This document shows, in pieces, positions 1 through 9,535 of a DNA stretch of 42,932 bases. The notes below the pieces were generated by a model. The model was not told the DNA's origin. It worked only from the letters and a program-made list of their open reading frames with translations, and searched no databases. The DNA is taken from positions 1 through 42,932 of IMG/VR virus record IMGVR_UViG_3300031949_000081, one strand, 5' to 3'. Made by a program: the position numbers and the translations under genes. The DNA comes from a virus (taxonomy: Duplodnaviria > Caudoviricetes). Each line of letters begins with the position of its first letter. Position 1 is the first letter of the stretch.

Positions 1-151
1 TGGAGGTCAGGTTGATCGACACGGTCACCGTGCCGTTGGACACGCTTATCCCGCTTCCGTTGGATCCTCCGGCGTTGAAGGAGACGTCGCCCACGTGGAG
101 AGACGTGTTGGACGGGATCGTGACGTCATTGTTGTTCGCTATTAGTGTCAT
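1..151 (-). CDS. Partial CDS (N-terminus only), probable virion/fiber-associated protein
   Basis: ATG at 151 opens MTLIANNNDVTIPSNTSLHVGDVSFNAGGSNGSGISVSNGTVTVSINLTS and runs off the window edge; codon usage resembles the structural genes; not in the ORF track. Confidence 0.7.
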   Translation of the reverse strand, partial: MTLIANNNDVTIPSNTSLHVGDVSFNAGGSNGSGISVSNGTVTVSINLTS

Positions 152-164
152 TACGTGTTTTTTC

Positions 165-1010
165 TTAGCTAAGGGTGGGGAATCTCATCTTGATTGCTGA
201 AAACATTACATCCAGTTCACCGGTTGTTAGGACTCTATTCCAAGCAAATGCACCAGCAAGCCTAACGCCTGAAGCCCAGGGGATTCCTCCATTTGTAACA
301 TTCATTAACGTATATGCATCACTTGATGCAGCCGTATCAGGTGCAACATAAGACTGTCCTGTTAGTAGATCAGCAGCTGCACTGGTGGTTTTAACTAAGA
401 TATTTCCATTTGCTTCATCAACGCTAGCAATTGCACAAAGCCAGCTACGTGAAGCGGGGAGGAATGCAGTCTTAAGAGTAGTTACTAGTGGATCAGTTCC
501 AATCTTATAGATAGCTAATCTTAGGGCCTCAGCACCAGAAGAGACATAAAACTCTGATCCTGTTATGGCTCCACCTGCAGTCAACGCATTAGCAAATATA
601 GTAGTTGCAACTGAAGCTTGGTTATCCGCATCGCTAGCATACATAATAAACCCAAATGTAAATGCAGCATTGTCTTTGTGCCAGGTCTCAGCAAAGTTCA
701 TGACCGCGGCTGAAGCTTCTTGGAAATGATCACCCCCATCAAGGCTAAAGTATTCATTCTCGCTTTTTCCATTGGCTACCCCGTTAAAAGTTGGGTCAGA
801 AGCTTGGGCAGAGCTGGCTGTGCCACGAAAGAAGTCCTGGTCATTTTCAGACACGTCGAACCACGTCTGGCTCGTGCCGTCGTATGAGTTTGCGTCACCA
901 GCATCCAGGCACAGTGCCAGATCTGTAGACAGCCCGTTGAGCGTTATCATCTCTAACAGTGTTCGCCTACCGGCCTTGACGAAAGGAGCTGGCGTGAAGA
1001 GTCCACTCAT
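165..1010 (-). CDS. Putative receptor-binding/adhesin protein, LamG/concanavalin-A-like beta-sandwich
   Basis: LALCLDAGDANSY...W.D.S N-terminal motif and C-terminal AFAWNRVLTTGEL are typical of phage LamG-like domains; lies downstream of the fiber gene. Confidence 0.7.
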   Translation of the reverse strand: MSGLFTPAPFVKAGRRTLLEMITLNGLSTDLALCLDAGDANSYDGTSQTWFDVSENDQDFFRGTASSAQASDPTFNGVANGKSENEYFSLDGGDHFQEASAAVMNFAETWHKDNAAFTFGFIMYASDADNQASVATTIFANALTAGGAITGSEFYVSSGAEALRLAIYKIGTDPLVTTLKTAFLPASRSWLCAIASVDEANGNILVKTTSAAADLLTGQSYVAPDTAASSDAYTLMNVTNGGIPWASGVRLAGAFAWNRVLTTGELDVMFSAIKMRFPTLS

Positions 1011-1015
1011 GTTAC
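981..1015. repeat. 35-bp direct repeat, copy 1 (stop of upstream gene plus first 10 codons of the 281-aa gene)
   Basis: gaaaggagctggcgtgaagagtccactcatgttac; 32/35 identical to 1675-1709. Confidence 0.95.
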
Positions 1016-1704
1016 GCCATCTGCCATGTGCACACCATCATCTCGGCGCCAGAATTCGACGCGGCGAACTGGTACCTGCAGAACCGGCTGGTCTCTGCCG
1101 GGAGCCTGGTCGTCAGCCCAGAGCACGCCCTCCCGGCGAAACCAAACGAGGTGTTCAGGTTCACGTCGTAGATCTCGTCCGCCCCGGTGAGCGTGACGTT
1201 CGCGGTCGAGCCGTTGGTGGAGCTGCTCCCGACCAACAGGCAGATTCCTCTCTCTGGGACGTCTATCAAGCCGTTGATGTCTGTGTCTGCGTCGCCGCGA
1301 ACCTCAAGCGTGTCAAAGGGTGTGTTGCTCACCAGGTTGTTAGCCCTGAACAGGCTGACCGCTGTGCCCGTGATGCCACCGCTGTACGTCGAGCTGACGG
1401 TTCCTGAGTCACCGGTCGGCACCACGGCGCTGACGATCGCGGCACCAAGTCCGGTGATGCCTCCCGTGTGGGAGTCCTGTATGATTATCGTTGCAGAGAC
1501 TCCCCCGATGGTGCACGTGCTCAGCGCCCTGTTGGAGGAACCGAACTCCCAGTGGATCGCACCGACAATCAGCCTTGTGGAGGAGGGAGTCCCGAAGTTC
1601 ATCCCCGCCATGTCGTATAGTGAGGTAGTGTCTCCGACGACCTCGCCGAGCCACTCGAACGAACCCAGCTTGGGGAAAGGAGCTGGCATGAAGAGCCCAG
1701 TCAT
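1012..1704 (-). CDS. Putative tail-fiber tip adhesin / beta-rich virion protein
   Basis: 230 aa, G/S/T-rich with beta-strand pattern; starts 1 nt after the fiber stop; N-terminus MTGLFMPAPF is shared with the next gene (MSGLFTPAPF). Confidence 0.6.
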   Translation of the reverse strand: MTGLFMPAPFPKLGSFEWLGEVVGDTTSLYDMAGMNFGTPSSTRLIVGAIHWEFGSSNRALSTCTIGGVSATIIIQDSHTGGITGLGAAIVSAVVPTGDSGTVSSTYSGGITGTAVSLFRANNLVSNTPFDTLEVRGDADTDINGLIDVPERGICLLVGSSSTNGSTANVTLTGADEIYDVNLNTSFGFAGRACSGLTTRLPAETSRFCRYQFAASNSGAEMMVCTWQMA

Positions 1705-1709
1705 GTTAC
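1675..1709. repeat. 35-bp direct repeat, copy 2
   Basis: gaaaggagctggcatgaagagcccagtcatgttac; 32/35 identical to 981-1015. Confidence 0.95.
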
Positions 1710-3025
1710 TGCATCGCTTGGATGACCAGGAGCGATCCTTGTTGTCCTATCGAGCAGGAGCACCTGAACTTGTGGGCGTTGGTCGTCGTGAACGTATCCC
1801 CGGAGACCTTGGTCCATCCAGAGGTCGTTATCGTGCCGGCGCTGGATCCGTTGATGATGTCGAGGAGGAAGCTACCGATGTTCGACCCAGGCGCCAGCGT
1901 GTGGGCACCGTTGGCGGTGTAGTGCTGCATCGGCCTGTCCCCAGGGTCGAGCGTGAGGGTCCCAGAGTTTACGACGCCGATGTCGAAGCTGGTGATCCTG
2001 AAGCCTCCGCCGTCGACTTGCTGGCCTCCCAGGTCTAGCCTGGCGAGCGGACCCTGCCATCCGCCGTTGGCGTTCAGGTAGTAGGACCCGTTCGCCTGCG
2101 CCACCGTAGGGATGTTCATGATCGCGTTGGAGGTGGAGTTCATCACCTTGAACGACGTGGAGTTCATCGTCGCGTTGATCGTCGAGTTGCCGATCCTCAG
2201 GGTTCCCGGGTCCACGTAGGCGTCGGAGGTGGTGTTCTGGACGTGGACGTTTCCGGCCGTGAGCTGGGTGTTTCCTGAGGCGTTGGTCCTCGCCGTGGTA
2301 GTGACGTTGACCGTCGAATTGGACGTGGTGTTCCCGATAGACATCCCCGCCGCGGTCACCGTAAACTCCCCGAGGGTGTTAGAGGAACTGATCGTCGTGT
2401 TCGTCGACATCGTGTTGATCGTCGAGTTGCCCAGGAGTAGCTGGACCATACCGTAGCCGGACACGGTGGTCGGGATGCTGGTTAGGGTCGAGAAGGCGTG
2501 GACGTGGGTCGCGTTGGCAAAATAGGTGGTGTCGTGGCCTTCTAGGAAGGCCGCGTTCACGGAAGCCTGGGTGAGGAGGGTGGCGAGTGCGACGTTCTTC
2601 CAGGCAGACTCGGACGATCGATAGGCGAAGACGTCGTTGTTGGCCGGGGCAGAGACGTTGGCGTCCGAGTGGTCAGCCATCGTGAGCTTAACGGCTAACA
2701 GCGAGAACGAGTTGGAGGAGTTGACGACCAGGACCCGGTGGGTGGCGTTACCCGCCGTGATCATGACGTTGGCGCCCGCGCCGAGGTTGACCTTTGCCGT
2801 GGCGGTGACGTTGGTGGTGATGGTCAGGTTGCCGGAGATGGATCCTACGTTGGACGCCAACAGAACGTTGGCCTGGAAGGTGCCCGTCACGGTGGCGTTT
2901 CCGACGGCCGCGTTCGACTCGACGGTGACGACCTTCACGGACATGGCGTCGGCGATCTCGTTGGTCCTTAGTCTCCACGCCTGGACAGTGTGAGTATTGC
3001 TAGTATTGGAGACGCTTACGGTCAT
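1706..3025 (-). CDS. Tail fiber protein
   Basis: N-terminal T..AWRLRTNEIA motif resembles T4-like fiber anchors; N/S/T-rich beta repeats (GNSTIN twice); distinct C-terminal domain. Confidence 0.75.
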   Translation of the reverse strand: MTVSVSNTSNTHTVQAWRLRTNEIADAMSVKVVTVESNAAVGNATVTGTFQANVLLASNVGSISGNLTITTNVTATAKVNLGAGANVMITAGNATHRVLVVNSSNSFSLLAVKLTMADHSDANVSAPANNDVFAYRSSESAWKNVALATLLTQASVNAAFLEGHDTTYFANATHVHAFSTLTSIPTTVSGYGMVQLLLGNSTINTMSTNTTISSSNTLGEFTVTAAGMSIGNTTSNSTVNVTTTARTNASGNTQLTAGNVHVQNTTSDAYVDPGTLRIGNSTINATMNSTSFKVMNSTSNAIMNIPTVAQANGSYYLNANGGWQGPLARLDLGGQQVDGGGFRITSFDIGVVNSGTLTLDPGDRPMQHYTANGAHTLAPGSNIGSFLLDIINGSSAGTITTSGWTKVSGDTFTTTNAHKFRCSCSIGQQGSLLVIQAMQ

Positions 3026-3612
3026 GCATGCGAACCCCTATGTCTTTCCCAACGCATTTTATTAGCGAGAGAAATGTTTCTTTTATGTTCTTCAGTAAAA
3101 ATCTTAGTTTTTCCAGCAATAGACAACTTCATTCGATGTTCATCAGAAAATACACGACCTCTTTGCTTAAAACCCTGGTTAGAAAGCTTCTGCCGGGTTT
3201 CTTCAGAAATAGGAGGTCTTTTCTTAGCAGCGTCTGACATTTTTCTTTTGGTTTCATCTGAAAAGATGCGTCCTTTTTGGGCAATAGACATCTTCGCACG
3301 ATATTCAAATGATCTCTTTATTCCGATATGTTTTGCCGAAATGTCTTTGGTGTTCTTAGCATTGTAGTATTTAGTTCCGAGTTCTTCAGATTTAATCATC
3401 TGAAGCCATCGATATTCCTCATCGAACAATTCTTCTTTATCAGCAACGATAGAAAGAATGCGCCTTTGGAAGTCTGAAGGTCGCTTTCTATAAGCTTTTT
3501 TCATCCATTTAGAACCACACACATATCCATCATCTTCGGTTCCCCAATGACACCCTACATAGAAACGAGAGTGCTTTCTATCTCTCCAAAGATACACGAA
3601 ACCATACGTCAA
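3022..3612 (-). CDS. GIY-YIG (Seg-like) homing endonuclease with NUMOD3 repeats
   Basis: GFVY...FYVG motif, GY.CGS, KYYN; C-terminal KGRIFSDETKRKMS-type repeats; AT-rich; 4-nt overlaps with both neighbours. Confidence 0.85.
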   Translation of the reverse strand: MTYGFVYLWRDRKHSRFYVGCHWGTEDDGYVCGSKWMKKAYRKRPSDFQRRILSIVADKEELFDEEYRWLQMIKSEELGTKYYNAKNTKDISAKHIGIKRSFEYRAKMSIAQKGRIFSDETKRKMSDAAKKRPPISEETRQKLSNQGFKQRGRVFSDEHRMKLSIAGKTKIFTEEHKRNISLANKMRWERHRGSHA

Positions 3613-3806
3613 GCTAGACTCCTAGCGATGGCCCTCAGGAGGTCCTTGATCTCGGTCATCTCGCGCCTGATCTCCTTCTGCTCGTCCATGAGATTATTTA
3701 TGGCGGCCTCTCGGTTCTTCTTCATCTTGTATGCCTTGAGCCCATCCTTGTCGGTACTTATGAGTGCACCTTCTGGAGACCTCTTGAATTTAGGATCCTG
3801 TATCAC
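3609..3806 (-). CDS. Small coiled-coil protein typical of T4-like phages, downstream of the VrlC-like gene
   Basis: GALIS.D...Y...K...EMTEIKDLL pattern; probable GTG start at 3806 via GTGA overlap (ORF track starts at 3818). Confidence 0.7.
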   Translation of the reverse strand: MIQDPKFKRSPEGALISTDKDGLKAYKMKKNREAAINNLMDEQKEIRREMTEIKDLLRAIARSLA

Positions 3807-6800
3807 GCCTGTAGACAAATCGCCCTGACGTCGTTGAGTCGTGGAACCCTGGCCTCGTTGTCGGAGAGTAGGACTATCTTGAGTGAGAAGGTCTTGTAGC
3901 TCTCGAATATCGCGCCGTCAGTCCTCGCGTACCGGATGATGCCGGTGCTCGTGTTGACGAACCCTGCCGTCACGCTGGTGTTTGGCGCCTCTGCCGGGAC
4001 AGTATACTCGTACTCTATGTAGTCCCTAACGTCGATCGGACTGCTATAGTTGAATTCCCCTACGCCCCTCTCAAGCTCAGTCCATGCCTTGAGGTCGAAG
4101 TTCTCTCCGTCCTCGGCGTTGTGGAACTTGGCGTAGACCGCGACGTCAGTGCCCGACGGGCGGTAGGCAGATACCCAGACGTGCATGTCCTCGGCCTCCT
4201 GTCCGTCGTCGAGGACGATGTTCTTAGAGACGTACTTGGTGATCGCAGAGCCGTAGCGGGTATTAGCCTCGTTGGTGTCGTCGTTGTTGATGATGTTCTC
4301 GATCATCAGGCTGGACTTGCGCCTCAGGTCGATGATCGGTGAGACGAAGCTGCTCTGGGTCACGAACGTCACCTGGTACCTGGAGCTCTTCTCGGCGCCC
4401 TCGTTGGAGTAGCTCTTGGCTATCCTGGTGGTGTCCATGAACTCGTACTCAACGTCGTTGGAGACGGAGATGTAGGAGGTGTCCAGCGTGTTGGCCGCGG
4501 ACGTTCCCTTGTACCCGTAGAGGAGGAGGGTCTTGCCTGGGATCATGACCGCGAATCTCGGGACGACCGCGTGGTAGTCGAGGTTGTCGACAGAGTCGAT
4601 GGTCACGTTTGCCAGGAGGCTGTTGGCGTTGATGAGGGAGACGTTGCCGACCGCGGTAGGGCGGAAGAACTGGAGCTTCTGTGCCGCCGCCCAGCCACTC
4701 GTGCTCGTATCGATGTAGACGGTCTCGTTGGCCTCGTCGATGAACTGGACAATGCCGTAAGGTTCAGTGGTGTTGGCGCCCGTCAGCGTGGTCGTGGCGT
4801 TGGCCGTGTAGCAGATGTCCCCCACCTGGACCGTGGTGTCGGTGTTGGCGCGGATAAGCCCGGAGAAACTGATGTACTCGTCAGCTTCGTTTTCGAAGTA
4901 TGCGAGAGCGGATCCCACCGTGAAGTTTGCCCTGTAGATCGTAAACTTGATGTCTTCCTTCTGGAGCTCGGTCCAGCTGTTCATGTTGGAGGAGATGAAT
5001 GCCACGCCCGCATACGGGTTCTGGTAGATCTGGACGCCCGAAGCCACGTCGTAGCCTCCCGTCTCTCCCAGCCAGATCCTGTATTCCGGGGAGTCTCCGT
5101 CAGGCTTGATGAGGAATGCGTAGGTGTCTCCCGAGTTGAGGAAGACCGGGTGGTCGAATGCAAACGTGGTCGCCGTCGAGGCATCGTCTGAGGTTGATAC
5201 CTCGGCAGACTCGAGGTGGGCCTTGCCGATTATCCTGGTCGTGTCGGGTCGGCCGAGCCTCATCTCGGTGAGCATCATGGTGATGCCCATCGTCGGGTCC
5301 TTGCGCTCGAAATAGACGTCGATCTTGGTGATGAATGAACCTGAGACGTCCTCGGGCGTCGCCGCGAAGATCGACTGGGCGATAGGATCTGGGTCCTTGG
5401 TGTTTCGCGAGGTGCCAGGTATCGTAGTCGTGCGGGGGCGCTGCTGCGTAGTCGTAGTGACCACGGTCCTGGTGTTGGCCGTCTGGACGACTGAGATCTC
5501 AGGCTCCAGCGTGGTCAGGGTGAGACCCTGGGTAGAGAGGGTAATGTTGGACGCACTGAACCTGGCATCTGCCCTCGTCAGCGCGGCATCTACACCGGTG
5601 ATGAGGTCGTCGACGTCGATCAGCATGAAGTTCCTGTCGCCGACCCTGAACGTTCCGTCAGGGATCCTGAACAGGCCCTTGACCGTGCCGGTGGAGTCGG
5701 ACAGGAGCTCGTCTCCGAATGCACCCGTCCTGTCGAGGATCCTGTCCTCACGACCTACTTCTGGGTCGGTCAGGTTGGACCAGTCAGCGGGGGCGCAGCT
5801 GGAGTCGACGTTGACGTTGTCGAAGAAGGCGTGCATGACGGTATTGGGCTTGAGATTGGTGGCGACGAAGGCAACCATTCTCGAGCGCATGAAGGGCTCG
5901 ATGGAAACGTCCTTGACGAAGCTGCCGAGATCGTAGGTGGACTCCATCGTGTCGACCTGCATCTGCTCGATGAGCTGGGTCTGGGTCGTCGTCGTCGTGG
6001 TCGTGGTGGTGAGTCCGCGAGTCGATCTCACGGTGGCGACGGCCGTCCTCCAGTCACCGAAGTCGGATCCGAATGGCGAGCTGGCGAAGTCTTCCCAGGC
6101 GCTGGTCAGGTCGAGGGAGACGTTGATGTTCGGGAGTGCCTCCTCGTCCCTGTGGTCGTCGTAGGAAGGATAGAGGGTTAGCTTGCCCGCCCAGGACCAG
6201 ATCGACTCGGTGCAGTTCCTAAACTTGCTGGCGTAGCCCTGGATGATGTAAGCCTCATGGCTGTACGGCATCGTCACGTAGTTGCCAGTTCTCTGGGTCG
6301 TGGAAGTGTTCGCCACATAGATGAAGTCCACCTGGTGCTTCTCGAAGAACGGCCGCGCGATGGAGTTGTCCTGATCGATGGCGATCTTATACTCAAAGTC
6401 GGTTACCTTGCCGTGCGCGTGGCTGTTGAACGGGTCGGCGAAGATTCCATTCTTGAAGCGATCGAGCCCGTTGACGTCCGGGATGGTGAAATCCCTGGCC
6501 TTCTGCTCGATGGCGTTGAGGACGGTGTAGTACTCTATCCTCTTCAGGCGCTGGTCAATCGTGCCGACGTCTTTCATGGTGTAGCGTCGGTTGGTCTTGA
6601 TGTCGTGTCGTATCTTGATGTCGTGGCGGTTGAGCTCGGACGCCTCCCTCGTGGTGAGGGAAGGCCAGGCGGGAACGTATGCCGCGGCAACCAGCATGAC
6701 GTCGTTGTCGGTGAACGGAGTGATCGGGGACGACGCCGGCTCGCCTTGGACGACGGCGAAGTCTCCGTTCTTGTTGACGACGAGGAGGTCTCGCCTCGGA

Positions 6801-9535
6801 AGGTAGTAGGTGACGTCTGCCTGAAAGTTGGTGTCCGGCGCCGGGATGTAACCGTAGGTGCCGGTCGCGTAGCCGTTGGCCGCCGCCGCGGGGTTGATCG
6901 TGGCCGCGCCCTCGGTCGTGGAAGAATCCGCGGTGTTCGCCTTCTGGGGGCGCACGTCGACGCAGTCCCTAAGGTCGAGGAACTGCCCGTCGGATGACCT
7001 GAACGTCGGAATCTCACCCCATTCTATCGTGGTCGCGTTGGAGGTGTTGCTCGTGGGATATGAGTCGACCGCGAAGAAGCCGACTCCGCCGGAGGCGTTT
7101 GCGGTGAGGTGGCTCAGCCTGATGAGGAGCTTGGTGGAGCCCGTGATGTTCGTCTTGTACTGGGGCTTCACCTCGAGCCTGGCGAGGTCGTAGAAGCTAT
7201 CGCGCTGGCCGGTGTCGAGGTTGAACCAGGTCGTTCCATCGGTGTTAGTGTTGGAATAGGTGGTGCCTACGTAGACCGCCTCGACGTCGTAGACGTCTGG
7301 GAGGCCCAGGATCCACGGGCCGACAGAGGTAGCCGAGTTGTTCGAGCAATCGATCTTGATCCATCGCTCCTTGCCCACGTCCTTCTCGATGGGGAAGGTG
7401 TCCTGCTTGAGGACGGGATACGTAACCATGACCGTCGAGGTGGCGTTCACCGTGGCGTTGAGGTCGAGGTCGCTGTTGATGGCGAAGGTGGTGTTCGAGG
7501 TGATGACGACGTTGGCAGACGTGCTGGAGAGGTCTACGTGCAGGCCTTCCAGGTAGTGCCTGGAGTAGTTGGCCGCGGCGTTGGTCGCTGACCAGGCAGA
7601 CGCCACCGTCATGAAGGTCGCGTTGGTGACCACGTTGATGCGTCGGCTCTCCGCGGCCACGCGGATGTAGTCACCCGATTCGAAGTGTGTGGAGAAGGTC
7701 GTCGAGGTTCCCGTCACGTTGACGGTGGTGGTGTTGACGGAGACGGTTCCCGACAAGTTGGCGGTGAACACGTCCGTGGTCAGGATGATGTCAAACTCAT
7801 TCTTCTCGGTCAGGGAGGTTAGTGTTCCCGAGGCGTTGACCCTCTCTGCGCCGCCTGCACCTGCCGGGTTGAGGGTGACCGCGATGTAGCCGTTAGTCTG
7901 GAGGGTCGCGTTGGCGACGTCCCTGAACACGAACTGGGTGTCCGAGGCTCCGACGTTGTCGTTGAGGGACTTGACTGCCGTGGTCCCGATGGGGAACACC
8001 AGGATCTTGAAGCTGGAGTCGACGAGCTCTGCGTGGGAGAACGCGGTGCCGTTGGAATAGAAGTTGTTCGACATGACGACGTCTGCCCTGGCGTCCCCAT
8101 ACCCAGAGGTGACGTAGATGGACTTGACGTCATTGGAGAAGCTCTTGCCGGAGTTCATCCGGATGTTGTCGAGATAGATGATGTGCTGGCAGGCCGGGAG
8201 ACCCTTGGTTCCGGTGTAGAAGTCGACGTCCCTGACGTTGGCAAAGCCTATGATGCTTCCTGCCCTGGCGCCGGATGCCTTCTCCTGGTCGGTGATGGTG
8301 TCTTGTACCGCGTCGTAAAAGGTGACCTCGGCGAATGCACTCCAGGGAAAGTGCCCCATCATCTCCTCGACGACCACGAAGTTGCCGTAGTTGGCGGTGA
8401 CGATCTGGGCCTCGCTAGTCCTCTCGGTGAAGGCGCGCGTGGTGACGACGTTGGAGGTGCCGATCTTTTCCACCCGGTAACCCTTGACGTAGGCCACGCC
8501 TGTGCTGATCGAGTAGGCGAAGAGGTTGGCGTCTTCGATGCCGGTGTTGGCGTTGATGCCTGGGAAGGTCTCGATGCTGAATGGCTTGACCACGTAGTCA
8601 CCGGACTCCTCGGAGGTCCTGATGGCGAACTCCTCGCCGAGTCGGTTGTAGGTGGCGTCGATGTGCTGCTCGGTCGGGCTGGTCCCGTCGAATTCCACGA
8701 TGGCGAAGAAGTTGGTGCTGTCAGAGTCGTCAGTGCGGAGCTTCTTGATCAGCTGCGGAGTGAGCTTGAGCCGATGTGCTCCTGGAGCGTTGACGTTGGG
8801 GTAGCCGAGTGCGTTGTCCGCCAGGCTCTCGTCCTGGTCTTCCGTGACTATCGACTCGGTGGTGTCGAAGCCGACCCTATATCCCGAAGGGTCGGTGTCA
8901 AACTCCTTGATGACTAAGGTCTGGCCCTCTACCCTCTCGAAGAAACCTTTGTGATAGATGATGCCGTCGCCGACGGAAACGCCGTATCCGTTTCCAGTAG
9001 TGGCCACCTGGTCAAGCACCAGGATCTGGTCGACGAAGTTTCCCTCGTTGATGGCGTCCATCTTGTTCTGGCCTGAACCGTAGACGCGGATGTACTCGTT
9101 CCTCTGGAACTCAGAGAAACTGTTGCCGGTGTAGATATAAGAGACGTAGAACCTGTTGGAGCTAGGGAACGTCGCCTCAAAGCCAGTCTCGGCGGCGAGG
9201 ACGACGGCCCTGACCCCGGAGGTGTTGCCCACGAGGACGTAGGTGTCGTCGATGTCTGAGACTGAGATGCTGGTGTTGGCGAAGAACTGATCATCTACTG
9301 ATACGTAGCTGAGGGCCTCGTGATAGGTGACGTGGCACCCCTCGACGACGGATCCGTCCTTGAATACGTGGTCGCCGAACCTCTGGATCTGCTTCTGGAT
9401 GGACGTCTGTAGCTGGGTCAGCTCCCTGGCCTGGATCGGAACGCGGGGCCGGAACAGGAGGCGATAGAAGTCCTTCTCCTCGTCGAAGTCGTCGAAATAC
9501 GGGTTGGCGTTGAGGTCGGTGTTTAGATTTGACAT
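3803..9535 (-). CDS. Large virion structural protein, VrlC-like / DUF4815-like
   Basis: N-terminus LNANPYFDDFDEEKDFYRLLFRPRVPIQARELTQLQ; NAPGAHRLK; RRYTMKDVG.IDQR..RIEYYT.L; DRFKNGIFADPF; DPIAQS; position after gp8. Confidence 0.9.
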   Translation of the reverse strand: MSNLNTDLNANPYFDDFDEEKDFYRLLFRPRVPIQARELTQLQTSIQKQIQRFGDHVFKDGSVVEGCHVTYHEALSYVSVDDQFFANTSISVSDIDDTYVLVGNTSGVRAVVLAAETGFEATFPSSNRFYVSYIYTGNSFSEFQRNEYIRVYGSGQNKMDAINEGNFVDQILVLDQVATTGNGYGVSVGDGIIYHKGFFERVEGQTLVIKEFDTDPSGYRVGFDTTESIVTEDQDESLADNALGYPNVNAPGAHRLKLTPQLIKKLRTDDSDSTNFFAIVEFDGTSPTEQHIDATYNRLGEEFAIRTSEESGDYVVKPFSIETFPGINANTGIEDANLFAYSISTGVAYVKGYRVEKIGTSNVVTTRAFTERTSEAQIVTANYGNFVVVEEMMGHFPWSAFAEVTFYDAVQDTITDQEKASGARAGSIIGFANVRDVDFYTGTKGLPACQHIIYLDNIRMNSGKSFSNDVKSIYVTSGYGDARADVVMSNNFYSNGTAFSHAELVDSSFKILVFPIGTTAVKSLNDNVGASDTQFVFRDVANATLQTNGYIAVTLNPAGAGGAERVNASGTLTSLTEKNEFDIILTTDVFTANLSGTVSVNTTTVNVTGTSTTFSTHFESGDYIRVAAESRRINVVTNATFMTVASAWSATNAAANYSRHYLEGLHVDLSSTSANVVITSNTTFAINSDLDLNATVNATSTVMVTYPVLKQDTFPIEKDVGKERWIKIDCSNNSATSVGPWILGLPDVYDVEAVYVGTTYSNTNTDGTTWFNLDTGQRDSFYDLARLEVKPQYKTNITGSTKLLIRLSHLTANASGGVGFFAVDSYPTSNTSNATTIEWGEIPTFRSSDGQFLDLRDCVDVRPQKANTADSSTTEGAATINPAAAANGYATGTYGYIPAPDTNFQADVTYYLPRRDLLVVNKNGDFAVVQGEPASSPITPFTDNDVMLVAAAYVPAWPSLTTREASELNRHDIKIRHDIKTNRRYTMKDVGTIDQRLKRIEYYTVLNAIEQKARDFTIPDVNGLDRFKNGIFADPFNSHAHGKVTDFEYKIAIDQDNSIARPFFEKHQVDFIYVANTSTTQRTGNYVTMPYSHEAYIIQGYASKFRNCTESIWSWAGKLTLYPSYDDHRDEEALPNINVSLDLTSAWEDFASSPFGSDFGDWRTAVATVRSTRGLTTTTTTTTTQTQLIEQMQVDTMESTYDLGSFVKDVSIEPFMRSRMVAFVATNLKPNTVMHAFFDNVNVDSSCAPADWSNLTDPEVGREDRILDRTGAFGDELLSDSTGTVKGLFRIPDGTFRVGDRNFMLIDVDDLITGVDAALTRADARFSASNITLSTQGLTLTTLEPEISVVQTANTRTVVTTTTQQRPRTTTIPGTSRNTKDPDPIAQSIFAATPEDVSGSFITKIDVYFERKDPTMGITMMLTEMRLGRPDTTRIIGKAHLESAEVSTSDDASTATTFAFDHPVFLNSGDTYAFLIKPDGDSPEYRIWLGETGGYDVASGVQIYQNPYAGVAFISSNMNSWTELQKEDIKFTIYRANFTVGSALAYFENEADEYISFSGLIRANTDTTVQVGDICYTANATTTLTGANTTEPYGIVQFIDEANETVYIDTSTSGWAAAQKLQFFRPTAVGNVSLINANSLLANVTIDSVDNLDYHAVVPRFAVMIPGKTLLLYGYKGTSAANTLDTSYISVSNDVEYEFMDTTRIAKSYSNEGAEKSSRYQVTFVTQSSFVSPIIDLRRKSSLMIENIINNDDTNEANTRYGSAITKYVSKNIVLDDGQEAEDMHVWVSAYRPSGTDVAVYAKFHNAEDGENFDLKAWTELERGVGEFNYSSPIDVRDYIEYEYTVPAEAPNTSVTAGFVNTSTGIIRYARTDGAIFESYKTFSLKIVLLSDNEARVPRLNDVRAICLQA

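Noticed and set aside
165-1709. Possible DGR or invertible shufflon acting on the tail tip genes
   Set aside because: The repeat is direct and covers gene starts; mismatches are not adenine-specific; no reverse transcriptase, invertase or inverted repeats in the window.
772-2038. Long plus-strand ORFs (772-1407, 1187-2038) and many similar antisense ORFs over the structural genes
   Set aside because: Shadow frames expected from high GC3 and codon bias on the coding strand; no SD sequences or recognisable motifs.
5984-6011. (gtc/gtg)n microsatellite-like run
   Set aside because: Encodes a poly-Thr stretch in the VrlC-like protein with mixed codons; no sign of phase variation.
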